64,000 nt of DNA, from positions 12,130,896-12,194,895 of the forward strand of contig CM119269.1 of NCBI GenBank assembly GCA_051294375.1. The letters run 5' to 3'. The stretch is from Paraspadella gotoi (taxonomy: Eukaryota; Animalia; Chaetognatha). Each line of letters opens with the position of its first letter. Within the stretch, counting starts at the first letter, position 1. Positions 11,124 through 24,411 of the stretch are shown here, in pieces. Below the pieces are notes generated by a model. That model was given only the letters and a program-made list of their open reading frames with translations. It did no database searches and was not told where the DNA came from. The position numbers were made by a program, and so were the translations under genes.

Positions 11124-11214
11124 CAGAGAGAGAGAAAGAGAGAGAGACAGAGAGAGAGGGAGAGAGAGAGAGAGAGACAGAGAGAGAGAAAGAGAGAAAG
11201 AGAGAGAGAGAGAC

Positions 11215-11394
11215 CTTTGGATTTCCGAATTCCTTGACCGTCTCGACGATGTCTTCCCTGGAGAGAGACTTGAAGAGTTTTCTTTGACCCAACTTGACGG
11301 AAGCGTCGAGGGATTTGATCTGGCGATGATCTTCTGTTCGTCCGCCCACGACGAGGGCGACGAGCGACCCCCATCGGTCGTCGCCGAAGTTGGC
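11215..11394 (-). CDS. SPAG17: SPAG17 exon 2 (ANFGDDRWGSLVALVVGGRTEDHRQIKSLDASVKLGQRKLFKSLSREDIVETVKEFGNPK)
   Basis: 180 nt, phase 0-0. Resembles recalled [23 protein letters not shown]...QRKLFSMVSW. Confidence 0.9.
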
Positions 11395-11734
11395 CTTTTG
11401 TTTAAAAAAAAGTGAACTTCGGATTTGTTAGCGGGGTCTGCGGGAAGTTGGGAGAATATAAAAGCTGCGATGACCAATACAGAATTGAGGGAAAGAATAG
11501 AAAATTTTAAATATATAATACTTTTAGTTTTTACCTTCCATATGAATTATAATATTATAATATTTACTCCATTATTAGCGAAAAGATCTCATATTCTCAA
11601 TTAATCATCTTGTAATGAATTTTCTCTCATTCTTTCTCACTCATGCATCGACCACTCATCTCCCAAGCAACCTCCTCAAATTCATTTGGCAACCAATCAT
11701 CTCCCAAGAAATCATCCCTCAAGCATCCATTTCT

Positions 11735-12004
11735 CAAGCAACCTCCTTTCACTCATCCCTCAACCAATCATTACGTCAAGCAATCTCCTTTCACTCATCC
11801 CTCAACCAATCATTACGCCAAGCAACCTACTTTCACTCATCCCTCAACCAATCATTACGCCAAGCAACCTCTTTTCACTCATCCCTCAACCAATCATTAC
11901 GCCAAGCAACCTCCTTTCACTCATCCCTCAACCAATCATTACGCCAAGCAACCTCCTTGAACTCATCCCTCAACCAATCATTACGCCAAGCAACCTCCTT
12001 GAAC
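11735..12004. repeat. 42-bp tandem repeat (~6.4 copies) containing the exon 1b splice donor
   Basis: Unit CAAGCAACCTCCTTTCACTCATCCCTCAACCAATCATTACGC. The outermost unit overlaps AAGGAG|GTTGCT. Confidence 0.9.
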
Positions 12005-12129
12005 TCCTGCTCAAACTTGGCTATTCTCTCCGCCTCAGCTTCTGCTGCCCTCAAAATGGCGGACGGCGATTCCTTTGCTTTTCCCTTTTTCCCTTTTTTT
12101 TTCGCGTCTTTCTTTTTCTTCGGTCCCAT
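11995..12129 (-). CDS. SPAG17: SPAG17 alternative first coding exon 1b (MGPKKKKDAKKKGKKGKAKESPSAILRAAEAEAERIAKFEQEFKE)
   Basis: ATG-initiated, GAG|GTTGCT phase-0 donor, in frame with exon 2. KFEQEFKE aligns positionally with KWELGLIQ of exon 1a. Confidence 0.65.
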
Positions 12130-12695
12130 AATCCGCTTTGTTTATTGTTTTTTATCTAACTTTTTAAAAAAAATATTATATTATTTAAAAAAAAATCTAC
12201 AAGAAAAAAAGATAATAATTTGATTTTTAAGGTATAAAGTCGATTTATTTCCCGCGAGTACAGAAAGTAATTTATACAAGTAACTTTTTTCATTATTCAA
12301 ACAGTATTGATCTATGACGTGTTACTGTTAGACTATAAATTTTAAAATTAACGTAAATTATATCAAATCTATAATAAATTTACAAAGACAATACGAAACC
12401 AAGTTTCATTAAAATGTCAGACATCGTTGACTAAAGTTTAGCCGTCTGGATTTTTGTGTCGCTTCGATCGCAGATGTTTGGTATCATAGTCAATATCATA
12501 GTCATTAGTCAATATCATAGTCAATATCATAGTCAATATCAGCGTGACTGTCTGCATATCAGCGTCAATAAGAGCATGAATGTCAGCAACGATGACAGCG
12601 AAACAATCACCGCCATTGACAGTGTTAATTTTAGTATCAGTGTCACCCTAAATATCAGCGTTAATGTCAGCGTCAATGTCACTGACTGTCATCAC

Positions 12696-12767
12696 CTGAA
12701 TGAGGCCGAGTTCCCACTTTGGCATTCCCGCCGAAGCTGGTCCGCTCTTAACTCTTTTCTTCGACAT
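12696..12767 (-). CDS. SPAG17: SPAG17 first coding exon 1a (MSKKRVKSGPASAGMPKWELGLIQ)
   Basis: GCCATG start, CAG|GTGATG phase-0 donor. Resembles the recalled human N-terminus [24 protein letters not shown]. Confidence 0.8.
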
Positions 12768-13451
12768 GGCGAGGGAATTGGTGAAAGTTGAGCGAACTTA
12801 CCAGGGTAAGGTAAAGTCATTAGAGACAATAAAATTTATCATTGTAAAATTGTAGTACGGTTGAATGCCTAATGCTGATATAGACGCGGAGAAATGTGGC
12901 TACTTATGGCCATATTTTATTTACTTATTTATTTATTTATCGTATTTTTTTGTCTCATTTTCTGGTGTTTTTCGTGTTAGGACTTAAAGTTTCTGTTTAA
13001 AGACGTTGCTAAGGACGCCAAAGAAGAAGACCAGTCTTGGCCGATTGTCTTTTGTTTTAAACTCTTTAATTTCCGCTGGTTTAGGATTTTAACGTTTAAA
13101 CCTCAAATCTTGTCGGTAAATCATTTATATCATATTAAAATATCGAATTATGATAAATCGTGCAAAAAAAATAATGTGTCCATCTGTCTGTCTGAAGGTC
13201 CATCTCACCTTTTCATTAAACTCCAATTACTCGTGTTTGGAAGGATTGGAATGAAATTTTGTGTGTGGGTAGGAAAGTTTTAGGAGGGCATATTCGTCTG
13301 AGGTATGATAAGTATATTCTAAGAGGTTCAGTGTAAACAGTAAACTATGAACGCGTATTTCATTTGTTTCATCTTACTTAAGAGAATCTTGTCTTAACTT
13401 GTCATCGGTGAAGAATGCTCGCTTACTCGCTTTGATATATGCATATCTAGT

Positions 13452-14140
13452 TCTCTGGTTAAAACTCGGCTGAAAAAATATATGCTAGATGGCGTCTAAA
13501 ATTATGCCAGAAATGGCTAAAATTTTTAATCAATGTGCTAAAAATTATGCTAGATTTTTTTTCTAATTTGCGTACACATGTATGAAGGAAAAAAATAATT
13601 AATGTAATAATAAATGTCGTTTTGACTTTATTATTATTTCAAAGAAAGCCGAAATATTTAACACATTGTATTGAAACTAAAAAAAAAAAACAAAATCGCA
13701 CTAGAATAAATTTTTTCTTATAATAGATACCTCATAGGAGAGCTAATTTTAATTAATTTTTTTTATATATTTTTATGCCAGTCTCTGGAGGATGATGTCA
13801 ATATTCACTTGCAAAAAACCATTTTAATATTCCTACAATAGTTTTCAAGATCAGGTCATAAATGTAAGCCTTAAAAGACAAAATTTATCAGAATGAAATT
13901 TTCAAGTTTCTCTTAAGATTTCTGACGCGCTAGTACTAACTAATTTATAAAATAGAAAACGTTTTGCTGATTTCTTCAAGCATTTACCATAAATGAGTTA
14001 TACGAAGGGTACAACTGAAAGTGATATGTCTCTAGATGACGAAAAATTTTCTTCAAGTTTATATTTAGAGAAAAACAAAGTTTTTAATTGTGACAACGAG
14101 ATTTAATTGGAGATACGGACATGTTTCGGAAAACCTTTAC

Positions 14141-14181
<41 letters not shown>

Positions 14182-16212
14182 CACCCTCTTTTTGCACAAA
14201 TATTCCTTATGGCAAACGCTGATGAAGCTCGAAATGTGAGCCGAAACATGTCCGTATCTCCAATTAAATTCTTGTACCACAATTAAAACTTTGTTTTCTC
14301 TAAATCCTAATAACAACGAAAACGAAAGGTTATCACATCACATCAAGTTTTATATTAAAATTTAAGTATTGTACCAATAGGATTAAGTTAGATACAAAGA
14401 TTTGTACTGCGTAGTTCAAAACTTCAATCCTTAGTTCTTTAATGGTAACTTGAATACTTCTGAAAGAAAAGAGATAGCAAGTGGGCGTAGTATCAAATTG
14501 AAGCCCTAATCATGGGACATCTTTCTAAAATAGTTTTATTATATTTTATCCATAATTATTTACACAGCTTTTGTTTAAATTAGAGTTAAAAGTATAACAG
14601 TTTTTGCAATAAAAATTTCAATGAAGGCATATGAAATTTTTTATTTTTCTTTTGTAATTTGAAAAGGAAAGACTGAATTAAATTTATTACCATTAAATTT
14701 TTATACTGCATAAATTTGCTTGTATTTTTCAGTTAAAGTAAAAAACAAGCACAAATTGTTATTAGATTGATAAAATAGTCTTTTTAAATATTAAAAAGAT
14801 AAATAAAAATGTTTTCAGCTTGATAAAAACAGTCTGGATGTCTACCTTTTTCTCTGTGAAAAAAATCGTCCTTTTCATTATCTTTAACTGCAAACAAAAC
14901 GCTTACACACTGCTTGTTTATAATAATAAAATTTTTAAAAAATTATAATAGCTGGCGACATATTTGACAAGCAAGACCATTATTGTGTTATTTGTATGGA
15001 TAATTTTCTTTTGAATATAACAACCTTTATACTAGGATTTTATTCTATTATTTATCATCCATTTTAATTAAAAAAAGAATTTCGCGGAATAGCCCAATTG
15101 GAAAGGGTTCATTGAATGACTTAATAATTCGAATTTTTTAGGTTTCTTTACTGCCCCCATTTCACAAGAATAAAAAGTCATGATTATCGTGTCAGTATGT
15201 CCAGATTATCTGTACGCTTTCTGCAACCTGCATTCTGAATTTTATTTTTTTCCTTTCAAATGTATTAAATTAAAAAAATTATTTAGAGAACGATCAGTGT
15301 AGGATGCTATTGGTAAGCCTTAGTTACCCCACATCCTGATGGAATTTTTAAACGAGGTTTTTTTTCCATTTATTCGAGACATTGCTTACATGATATTTTG
15401 CGTAATTAGAGAAACGTGTAGCGTGTCAAAAAATATTGAAAAAAAAGAGTAAAACGTTCTGACAAAAAAAAATTATGGAGGAATCTACTTATAATAAAAT
15501 ATACATGCAAACAAAAATGATATCAGTGAGTGATATAAATGCGTTCCTGAAAAATTTTTTTCAACATCTGACAACACTTTAATAATCTCTTCCTCTTCAT
15601 CAACTATATCTTGTTGATCTTGAGACGCGGTAGAAGAATGAGCTCTTTTGTGATCATACATAGATTGGTTGAATTTTTCTATCATCAATGGAAGTGGCTT
15701 AAACGTGGCGCAGGATTGGCCATTCCTATGCAATCCGAATATCGTCATCATGATAGAAAATTAAGGAAAGAACAGTCAAAAATGATAATGAGTAAATAAC
15801 AAAAATTTTTACGGTTATATACTTTTTTGTTTTGAGAATAAACGTTCAATTATTATTTTTGATGAGAAATTTAGAATTTCCGAATCTTTTTCTTTTGAAT
15901 TGCGGAATGCGGACGATGCAATAAACGAGTATTGGGCTATTGGCGTGTCCAAGAATTGAATTCAATCGAGAAAGAAAAAACATATAAACAGCACTTTTGA
16001 GGATGACGGTAGAAAAAAGTATATCTAAATTTTTCTGCTTATTTTCTCCATTTGAACTCATTACATACATGTAACAGCATGTAACTAGCATATCATAAAG
16101 ATGATAAAATTATGCTAGATTGTATTCCATATGCTAGTTCACTTTTTTGCTGGCTAAAGGGCCTGAAATTATGCCAGATCTAGCATAGAGTATGCCAAGT
16201 TTTAACCAGAGA
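13452..16212. mobile_element. 2.8-kb TIR DNA transposon derivative (possibly hAT-related)
   Basis: TIRs TCTCTGGTTAAAACTCGGC / GCCAAGTTTTAACCAGAGA. Subterminal TATGCTAG/TATGCCAG repeats at both ends. Residual ORF 15485-15751 is of uncertain origin. Confidence 0.7.
14063..14304 (+). mobile_element. Penelope-like inverted terminal fragment with a minimal hammerhead (14216-14255)
   Basis: 14063-14129 is the inverted complement of 14241-14304. ACG-CTGATGA-A-GCTC-GAAATGT-GAGC-C-GAAACATGTC-CGT, with palindromic ACATGT stem III. Confidence 0.7.
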
Positions 16213-17242
16213 TATAGTAAGCTTTGCCTGAAGTAGAGAAATGAAAACATTTTAAATACTGTTTATAAATCTCTATTATACTGTTCTTAAAAGTTATTGT
16301 ATGTTAATCTTTTGCTGAATGAGCGTTCCCAAAAGCCGAGCCAAATAATGGTTAAACTTCTGAACAAATAAAGGAATCACTAAATATGAGCAATTTAACT
16401 CTTTAGATAATAAAATGTCAAATTATCATTATTAATTAATTAGTTTAAATATTACAATAACTCATGTTAATCATTAACATTGCTAACGACTATATTTAGC
16501 TACAAAAACAAAGCTAATATTAAAATCCAAAATGAAAATATTCACATTTAGATTTAATACTGCAATATGTAAATAAGATAGAGAAATTCAATCTCATTTA
16601 AAATCATATTAAATAATTATCTCTTACAAAGTGTGTGATTGAGCTGGACGTAAAGTTTCGATGGAATCGTGCGAGTGGAAATGCGTTTAAAAGGAAAAAA
16701 CAAAAGTCACATTTACTTTAGTTTTTTTATTTATATTTACTAAAAAATTGGATAGATAAATTGAAATGGAATTTTGTGTTTGGGTAGGAAAGTATGTGAT
16801 TAAGCTGGATATAAATTTTTGGTGGAATCGTAGGAGTTTAAATTAGAAAAACCAAAAGAAATCTGTTTTATTTTCTCTCTCTATCTCTCTCTCTGATTGA
16901 TTGATTGATTATTGTTTGATTGATTGATTGTTAATTTGGTTAAATGATTTATTGATAACTTTTTAAATTGATTTATTGAGAAATCTGTTATGATTTATAA
17001 TCTTATGATCTAGTTATGATTATTTATTTTTCTCTCTCCCCTAATTATTTATGAATTTTTTTGTCACATTCATCGGACATCATTGAATCATTGATTGATT
17101 TAAATTAGAAAATATTAATGGTGCTGCAGTAACAGTTCTAATCCGTTAAAAGCGATTTTCATTTATTGGCGTACACGGTAGGGCAGAGAGAATGTGAAAG
17201 AAACAAAAAATCTTAAAAGCATAAGGAATCGAGCCTACTTTT

Positions 17243-17495
17243 GATGATAACCAAATATTGATGCGATGATATACCAAATATATTGATGCGATGATAACCG
17301 AATGATTGATGCGATGATAACCAAATGATGGATGCGATGATAGTCATTCATTGATGCGATGATAATCATTCATTGATGCGATGATAGTCCTTCATTGATC
17401 GGATGATAATCATTCATTATTGCGATGATAGTCATTCATTGATGCGATGATAGTCATTCATTGATGCGAATGCTAGTCATTCATTGACGTGATGA
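17243..17495. repeat. ~22-bp minisatellite (TTGATGCGATGATAGTCATTCA)
   Basis: About 11 direct tandem copies. Confidence 0.85.
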
Positions 17496-18498
17496 GTTAA
17501 GAGAGAGAGAAAGAGAGAGAGAGGAGGAGAGAGAGAGAGAGAGAGAGAGAGCGAGAAGAGAGCGACATAGAGTTGATTGAGAGAGAAAATATAGAGAGAA
17601 TAATAAAATAATAATAAAAGTTTTTAGAAGGAAAAAAATAAAAATCCACGAAAATCTCGGAAATAGATTTGGGATTTTGTATTAAGAAAAAAGTGGCGTG
17701 ATAAAAATAAAATTGTTTTATTAGAGTGTGATTAAGCATCAATTACTTTCTATTTTTTTTTAATTGAAATAAGACTGAAGTCTTTTGTTCATCTAGTTCA
17801 AAATGAGGTTGAAAACCTTATTTTTTGCATATTATTGAAAATTAATGAGATTGATATTGATTGTATGAAATGAAAACTCGTCGCTATAAGGGCTAAACTA
17901 TTTTCAATAATAACGGTCAAAAAATTATAATCTCTATTAACAAAATATATAGTTGAAAATACTCAGTTAACGACTATGATATTTTTGACTTCCAAATATT
18001 TTTTTTACTTATGAAAAAAAAATTTTATTTCCTCATTTTAAAAAATTTTAATCTTGAATGAAATTTTAGATTGTTCTTTATTTAGGAAGATATTGCCTAC
18101 CTCTCACATTAGCAGAACTCATGTGACATTGCATGCATTATAAGTTATTATTCACTTTTTCTCAAATGTATCCACGAAAATCTCGGATGTGAATTTGGGA
18201 TTTTGTATCGAGAAAAAATGGCGATAATAAAAGTTTTTAGAAGTAAAAAAATATCATAATTTTTCAAAAAATGAACGATCACGCAAAGAGAGAAAGAGAC
18301 AGAAAGAGAGAGAGACGAGAGAGAGAAAAAGCTGAACAGACGCTGCAGAGGCGGAACTCGTTTACTCGTTTACTCGTCGCCAAGTGACGGTGGTGAAAAA
18401 AAAAAGTGACTAAAAAAAATAGGAGAGAGAGAGAGAGAGAAGGGAGAGAGAGAGAGGAGAGAAAGAGAGAGAGAAAGATAAGAGAGAGAGAGAGAAAG

Positions 18499-18541
<43 letters not shown>

Positions 18542-18899
18542 AGCTGAACAGACGCTGCAGAGGCGGAACTCGTTATAAGTTATTCTTCACTTTTTCTAAA
18601 TTGTATCCAGGAAAATCTCGGAATGTAAATTTAGGATTTTGTATTGAAAAAAAAGCGTAGAATAAATGGCGATAATAAAAGTTTTAAGAAGGAAAAAAAT
18701 AATCAGAATTTTTAAAAAATGAACGATCAGCATGAGATCGTACAGAGAAAAAGAGAGAAAGAGAGACAAAGCTGGACAGCTACTGGAAGGCCGCTGTACA
18801 GTCACTGCAGAGCCTGAACTCGTCTTTTTTTTTTTTTTTTTTTTTTTTTTTATTAATACCAAAAACAGTATTGACAAAATCATAAACAGTAATAGTGTA

Positions 18900-19410
18900 A
18901 AAGACTGGAAAACTAAACTATGTATTGAAATTCAATAAAAACAAAAGACCCTAACATTTAAAAGACTGGAAAACAAGTAAAAACTAAACTACATATTGAA
19001 ATTCAATAAAAATAAAAGACACTAACGTTTAAAATCATTAATAAATGTTATGAACTAATTCATAAGAAACTATAAAAATAACGTTCAAGAACGTTCAAGA
19101 CTGGAAAATAAGTAAAAAACTAAACTACAATTGAAATTCAATAAAAACAAAAGACACTAAGACACTAAGACACCATCTTTTCTAAAAATTTTTTTTTTAA
19201 CGTTTAAAATCATTAATAAGTGTTATGAACTAATTCATAAGAAACTATAAAAAATAATGTTCAAGAACGTTCAAGACTGGAAAACAAGTAAAAACTAAAC
19301 TACATATTGAAATTCAATAAAAACAAAAGACACTAACGTTTAAAATCATTAATAAATGTTATGAACTAATTCATAAGAAACTATAAAAAATAACGTTCAA
19401 GAACGTTTAA
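18900..19410. repeat. ~135-bp AT-rich tandem repeat (~3 copies)
   Basis: Recurring AAGACTGGAAAACAAGTAAAAACTAAACTACATATTGAAATTCAATAAAAAC. Confidence 0.8.
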
Positions 19411-21659
19411 GATCAAATGTAAAAAATCATAAAACCGGAAAAACTAAAAAAACGAAAGAAAAAAATATATATATATATAATTTAAAGAAAATAAAGAAAG
19501 GCAAAAATATGTTACAATTGTTTACAATTGGAAATTTTTCCAATTTTTTCCAATCGCAGCTTGTAAAAGATTTTATTTTTATTTGTATTAAAATTAAGAT
19601 ATAGCTTCTCATTAAAAAAATCCTTTGAGTTCCCATTTTTATTAAAAATGTAAAAAAAAATTTTGGAATTTCATCTTCAATATTATATACTGCAATATGT
19701 AAATTAGATTAAAGCATTTCTATATACTAATTTGGATATTATAATGAGTACTATAATCTCATTTGCATATTGCAGAAAATCATAATGAAGTGGAAATTCA
19801 AACAAAAAATACTTAAATCCAAATGTAATATGAAAACATCACAGCTATTTCAAGATGAAAAGCCATATCTAAATTTTTAACTTACTATCATCGCACACTT
19901 TTGTAAAACTTTATCATAATTCATAATAATTTTCATTTAAAAAAAACCGGTAAGTAACAGCCAAACCTATAAAAGCGTAGTAGTTTTTATACAAAAAAGC
20001 GTGACGGACGACGACGACGACGACGACGACGTCACAAAGAAGCAACCCTAAAACATTATAGAGCCTGACCCGGCTTCGCCGTTCAAGGCTCGATAAAAAG
20101 TGCCATCTCTGAAACCTATAAAATCTTAAAGTATACCCATGAGACACTTAATGTGGTAGGTCATTAAAATTGGATAAAGGCAGGTTTTTTTAAATGCTAA
20201 TTAAAGTTTTTGAAAATTTTTTATAAAAATTTTTAAGTAGTTTAGTGAATATGCTTAAAATTTTAATGTCTATAAATCTATCATTATCTACAGAGCATAA
20301 GCTTTAGTTTGATTTTTTTTTATTGAATTATAGGTAAAAATTACAATTTAAAAAAATTTATTAATCGTTCAGTTCTTTCAAACAGATTATTTCTTAAAAA
20401 TAAAAGTACAAATATGTTCTCAAAATGCAGTTCTACTCATTAGGCCTTTAAACAAATTTCTAAAAAAAATTGTTAGAGAAAACAAAGTTTGTTTGTTTGA
20501 TAACAACGATTTTTATAATATAAAAAAAATGATATAAAATTATTATAAAAATAAATAATACAAATAATTAATTTTATTTTTTTTAAATATGTAATATTTA
20601 ATTTAAACTTAATCTCAAATAAACTAACAGATAAATATTAGCTGAGCACTTTAATTCAAAATCATATCCAGCTTTTAAAAGTAATTATATATTTTATTAC
20701 TTATAAAAAAAAATTTCATTTATAAAATTATATTATAATAACAGCTCACTCAATATTTGATATATATTATTAATAGACAAATGTGTAAAAATATTAACAA
20801 ACATGATGCTTTAACTTTTAATACTTAATTAAAGTATATATTAACATTGTTCAAAATATTTTTTTAATTTTTAAAATTTTTTATCTTAAAATTATTATTA
20901 ATTTAAAAAAAACTTATTTTGAAGCCTAATAAGTAGAACTGCATTTTGAGAACATATTTGTATCTTTATTTTTAAGAAATAATCTGTTCAAAGGTACTAA
21001 TTGATTAATCTTTTTGAAAAAAAATTCTAATTTTTACTTATATTTCAATAACGAAAAGTAATAGAAAGTTGGGAGAGGTCTCAAATTAAAGCTTATGCTT
21101 TGTAGATATTGATAGATATATAGACATTCAAATTGTAAGCATATTCACTAAACTACTTAAATGTTTTTATTAAAAAAATTCAAAAACTTTATCGAATTTT
21201 ACTGACCAACCACATTAAGTGTCTCATACTTTAAGATTTTATAGGTTTCAGAGATGGCACTTTTTTGTTTCTTTCACATTCTCTCTGCCCTACCGTGCGT
21301 AGCCACAGGTTCTTTGACTTATTGATAGATATTTTCATAGATTATTTGTTTTGTTATGATCACTGATCCGTTATGATCTAAAGAGATCACATAAAATTAT
21401 CTGTTTAGCTGATTACTGCTAAATTATCGTAGGCAGATCCGACATTGTTTGCTCAAACTTGTTTTCGTCCTTTCTTTCTTTCATTCTTTAATACATTCTT
21501 TCATTCATTCATTCATTCTTTCATTCATTCTTTCACTTTTTTTTCATTAATTCATTCATTGATTCATTCATTGATTCATTCATTGATTCATTCATTGATT
21601 CATTCATTGATTCATTCATTGATTCATTCATTCTTTCTTTCTTTCATTCATTCTTTTTT

Positions 21660-21743
<84 letters not shown>

Positions 21744-22927
21744 TTTTTCTTTCTTTCTTTCATAATTTACGTCGCAACTTTCTTTTTTTTTCTTTTCGCA
21801 AACAAACCGCGCCAGTGAAAAAACTCATATTCAATGTGATTCAATAATAACGATAACGATCTCCTGAGTTTGTTTGCAAAGTTTTTTAATAAATTGTAAA
21901 ATTAAATTTGGAAGTAGAGACTAAAAAATCTGCCTCGTCTGTCGCTAGGCAACCGAGTCAAACTACTTGTTATTCATGAAGACGTTAACATATAAATCTA
22001 TTTGAAAAAAAATAGCGAGACAAAATTCATACTGCGGTGAGCATATATATATATATATATGGAATTATAAGATGTAATAAAAAATCAGCTCATTATAGAA
22101 AACCTAATGCAAATAATTGTAAACAGTGAAACTCAAGATCGGGTTCCATATATTAAAAACCGGAAAAGATATTTAAAAAGAAAATTATAAAACTGTGCGT
22201 GGGCAGAATATTAGTTAAATGTCATTGTGAAGACGAGGGAAATTCATTCAAAACTTTAAAAAGTCTTTGATAGGAAATTTGCTAAATTCCAATTCATGAC
22301 AAAGGAAAAAAATAATTAAGGAAAAGCTAAAAAATAAAAAAAATAAAAAAATGGTGGAGCAATCCTTGAGAGACTCCACTCATTTATATCCTGATTTCAT
22401 CTGGTTGCGAGACAATGAAAAATATCCGCCATTTTTAAGTGAAGAAAAAAAGAAGAAATAAAAGAAGAGAAAAAATATTTAAAAGAGCTTATATAAAAGA
22501 GCATCGCATAAGACGTCATTGAATCTAAAATTGATATGAAAGGAACGCAATATTAGTCCAACTTCATATAAACAATGATGTGCGAATTAATCTGTCAACA
22601 AGTTATTAATCTGCTTATAGCTACAACAACGACTATATTTCAATTATAGCGCTATAAAAAACAGTTTGTTTGGCCCATAAAGTTTTTATACTAGGAACCA
22701 ATGGAACCGTTTTCCCTACTTTTTTTGCTCTTTATTTTCGTCATGAATAATTCCCCGCAGGATTGCTTCCTTATTTCTCCGCCAGGGGGGCCCCGATAGA
22801 CGCTTATGTTTTTCTCGCTCTTTTCTCTATCGGTTTATTTCCTTGTTCCTTTGTTTGTGGTTCCACTTAAGGCGTGGGTCCTTTCGTCTTTCGGAAGCGC
22901 GTGGAGTTGAGGAGAGATAAAACTGGG

Positions 22928-23072
<145 letters not shown>

Positions 23073-24345
23073 CGAGAGAGAGAGCGAGAGAGAGAGAGAT
23101 AACAAGGTCAAAGATAAGTTCTTACCATTTATGATACTATATTTCGAATTCAATTTTTATCAATTTCTCTTTGCAGAACAATTTAAATGAGTCCTCATTT
23201 CTCGCTTTTTTAATTTTTAGATAATTTTTTATTTTAAAATATATTTTATTTAAAAAATTAAGTAAAAAATATTTTAAATAGATATAAAGATTATTTAAAT
23301 TTTAATTTGTATAAAATAAGTGCATTAATATAAAGAAATAAACAAATATTAAAAAAATATAAAAATTGATAAAACTATGCTAATTAATTTGATATAAATT
23401 TTATTATTTGAAGTTGTGAGCGATTGAATAATTAAGCCAAAACAAAATGGTTGCTATTTATTCAATAAATTATTATTAAATCAATTAATCAATTAATGCA
23501 CTATGAACAAGGTAAGTAAATAATTTTAAAAATATTTGATAAATAATAAAAAAAATCATTTACAATTTTTTTCTTAAATCACTAAAATTTTTGTTTTACC
23601 AATTGTTTTATGTACTAACTACAGGAGTTTGCTTTGTTCAATTTTTAAAATTTAGGTAACCTATAAATGCGCATATTCATTATAATGAATTAAAGTTTTT
23701 CGATTTGGTTGAGGAGCAGTAAGCTTTTCTTAACAGACAGTTTCATTGGGAGACTCTGTATTTAAAACAATGAGTTAATTTTCTGTCTAGAGACTCTAGA
23801 GACACTAGTAGAGTATATGCGCCTATACAGCACGCCGTATTGTGAAAACGAATAATACTGTATCGGATTTCCTTCCCTTTATGCTTTTCCGAAACGGATT
23901 TTTAAAGGTAAACAGTAAACAAAGTGAAGCTTTACCTGAATTTATTTGGTTTCCTTCGCCATCGTGGTCGTCGTTGTTGTTGTCGTCATGGTGCGAAAAG
24001 TAGGTGGCGTAATCGTTTCCTTTACGCCTCTACTATAGTTGCAGGAGTTCCCTGTTTTGAAGAGAACAAAAATTGTGGATAAGAGGCAAGAAAATGGTAC
24101 ATTATAACCAAAATTAGTTAGTATTAATTATTTCATACGTAACGCTGACGGTAGGTCATAATTCTTTATGAGGATATTGAACACGAACAAGACTTAAATG
24201 CGTTTTTCCCAGACAAATTAATCATCGCAGGTTTAAGCCAAGGAAGGGTAAGTGTCGTTTACGCTTCGAAGTAATGCAAACGCGGATTAGTACGCAAGCG
24301 AACGAACTTCGGATTAGAATTAAGGGGTATTAATCGATCTCATGC

Positions 24346-24402
<57 letters not shown>

Positions 24403-24411
24403 TGAAAAAGC

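Larger units (their letters stand above)
17174..21297. mobile_element. 4.1-kb non-autonomous Chapaev-like (CMC) DNA transposon
   Basis: 37-bp TIR CACGGTAGGGCAGAGAGAATGTGAAAGAAACAAAAAA at both ends with a 4-bp TSD (CGTA). Internal tandem repeats and a long internal inverted repeat; no transposase ORF. Confidence 0.75.

Noticed and set aside
11615-12223. Plus-strand repetitive ORFs (QATSFHSSLNQSLR etc.)
   Set aside because: Antisense read-through of the 42-bp repeat and SPAG17 exon 1b.
12766-12815. Plus-strand ATG...GTAAG suggesting a divergent gene (MARELVKVERTYQ)
   Set aside because: No downstream plus-strand exons found; the region is explained as SPAG17 exon 1a and its 5' UTR.
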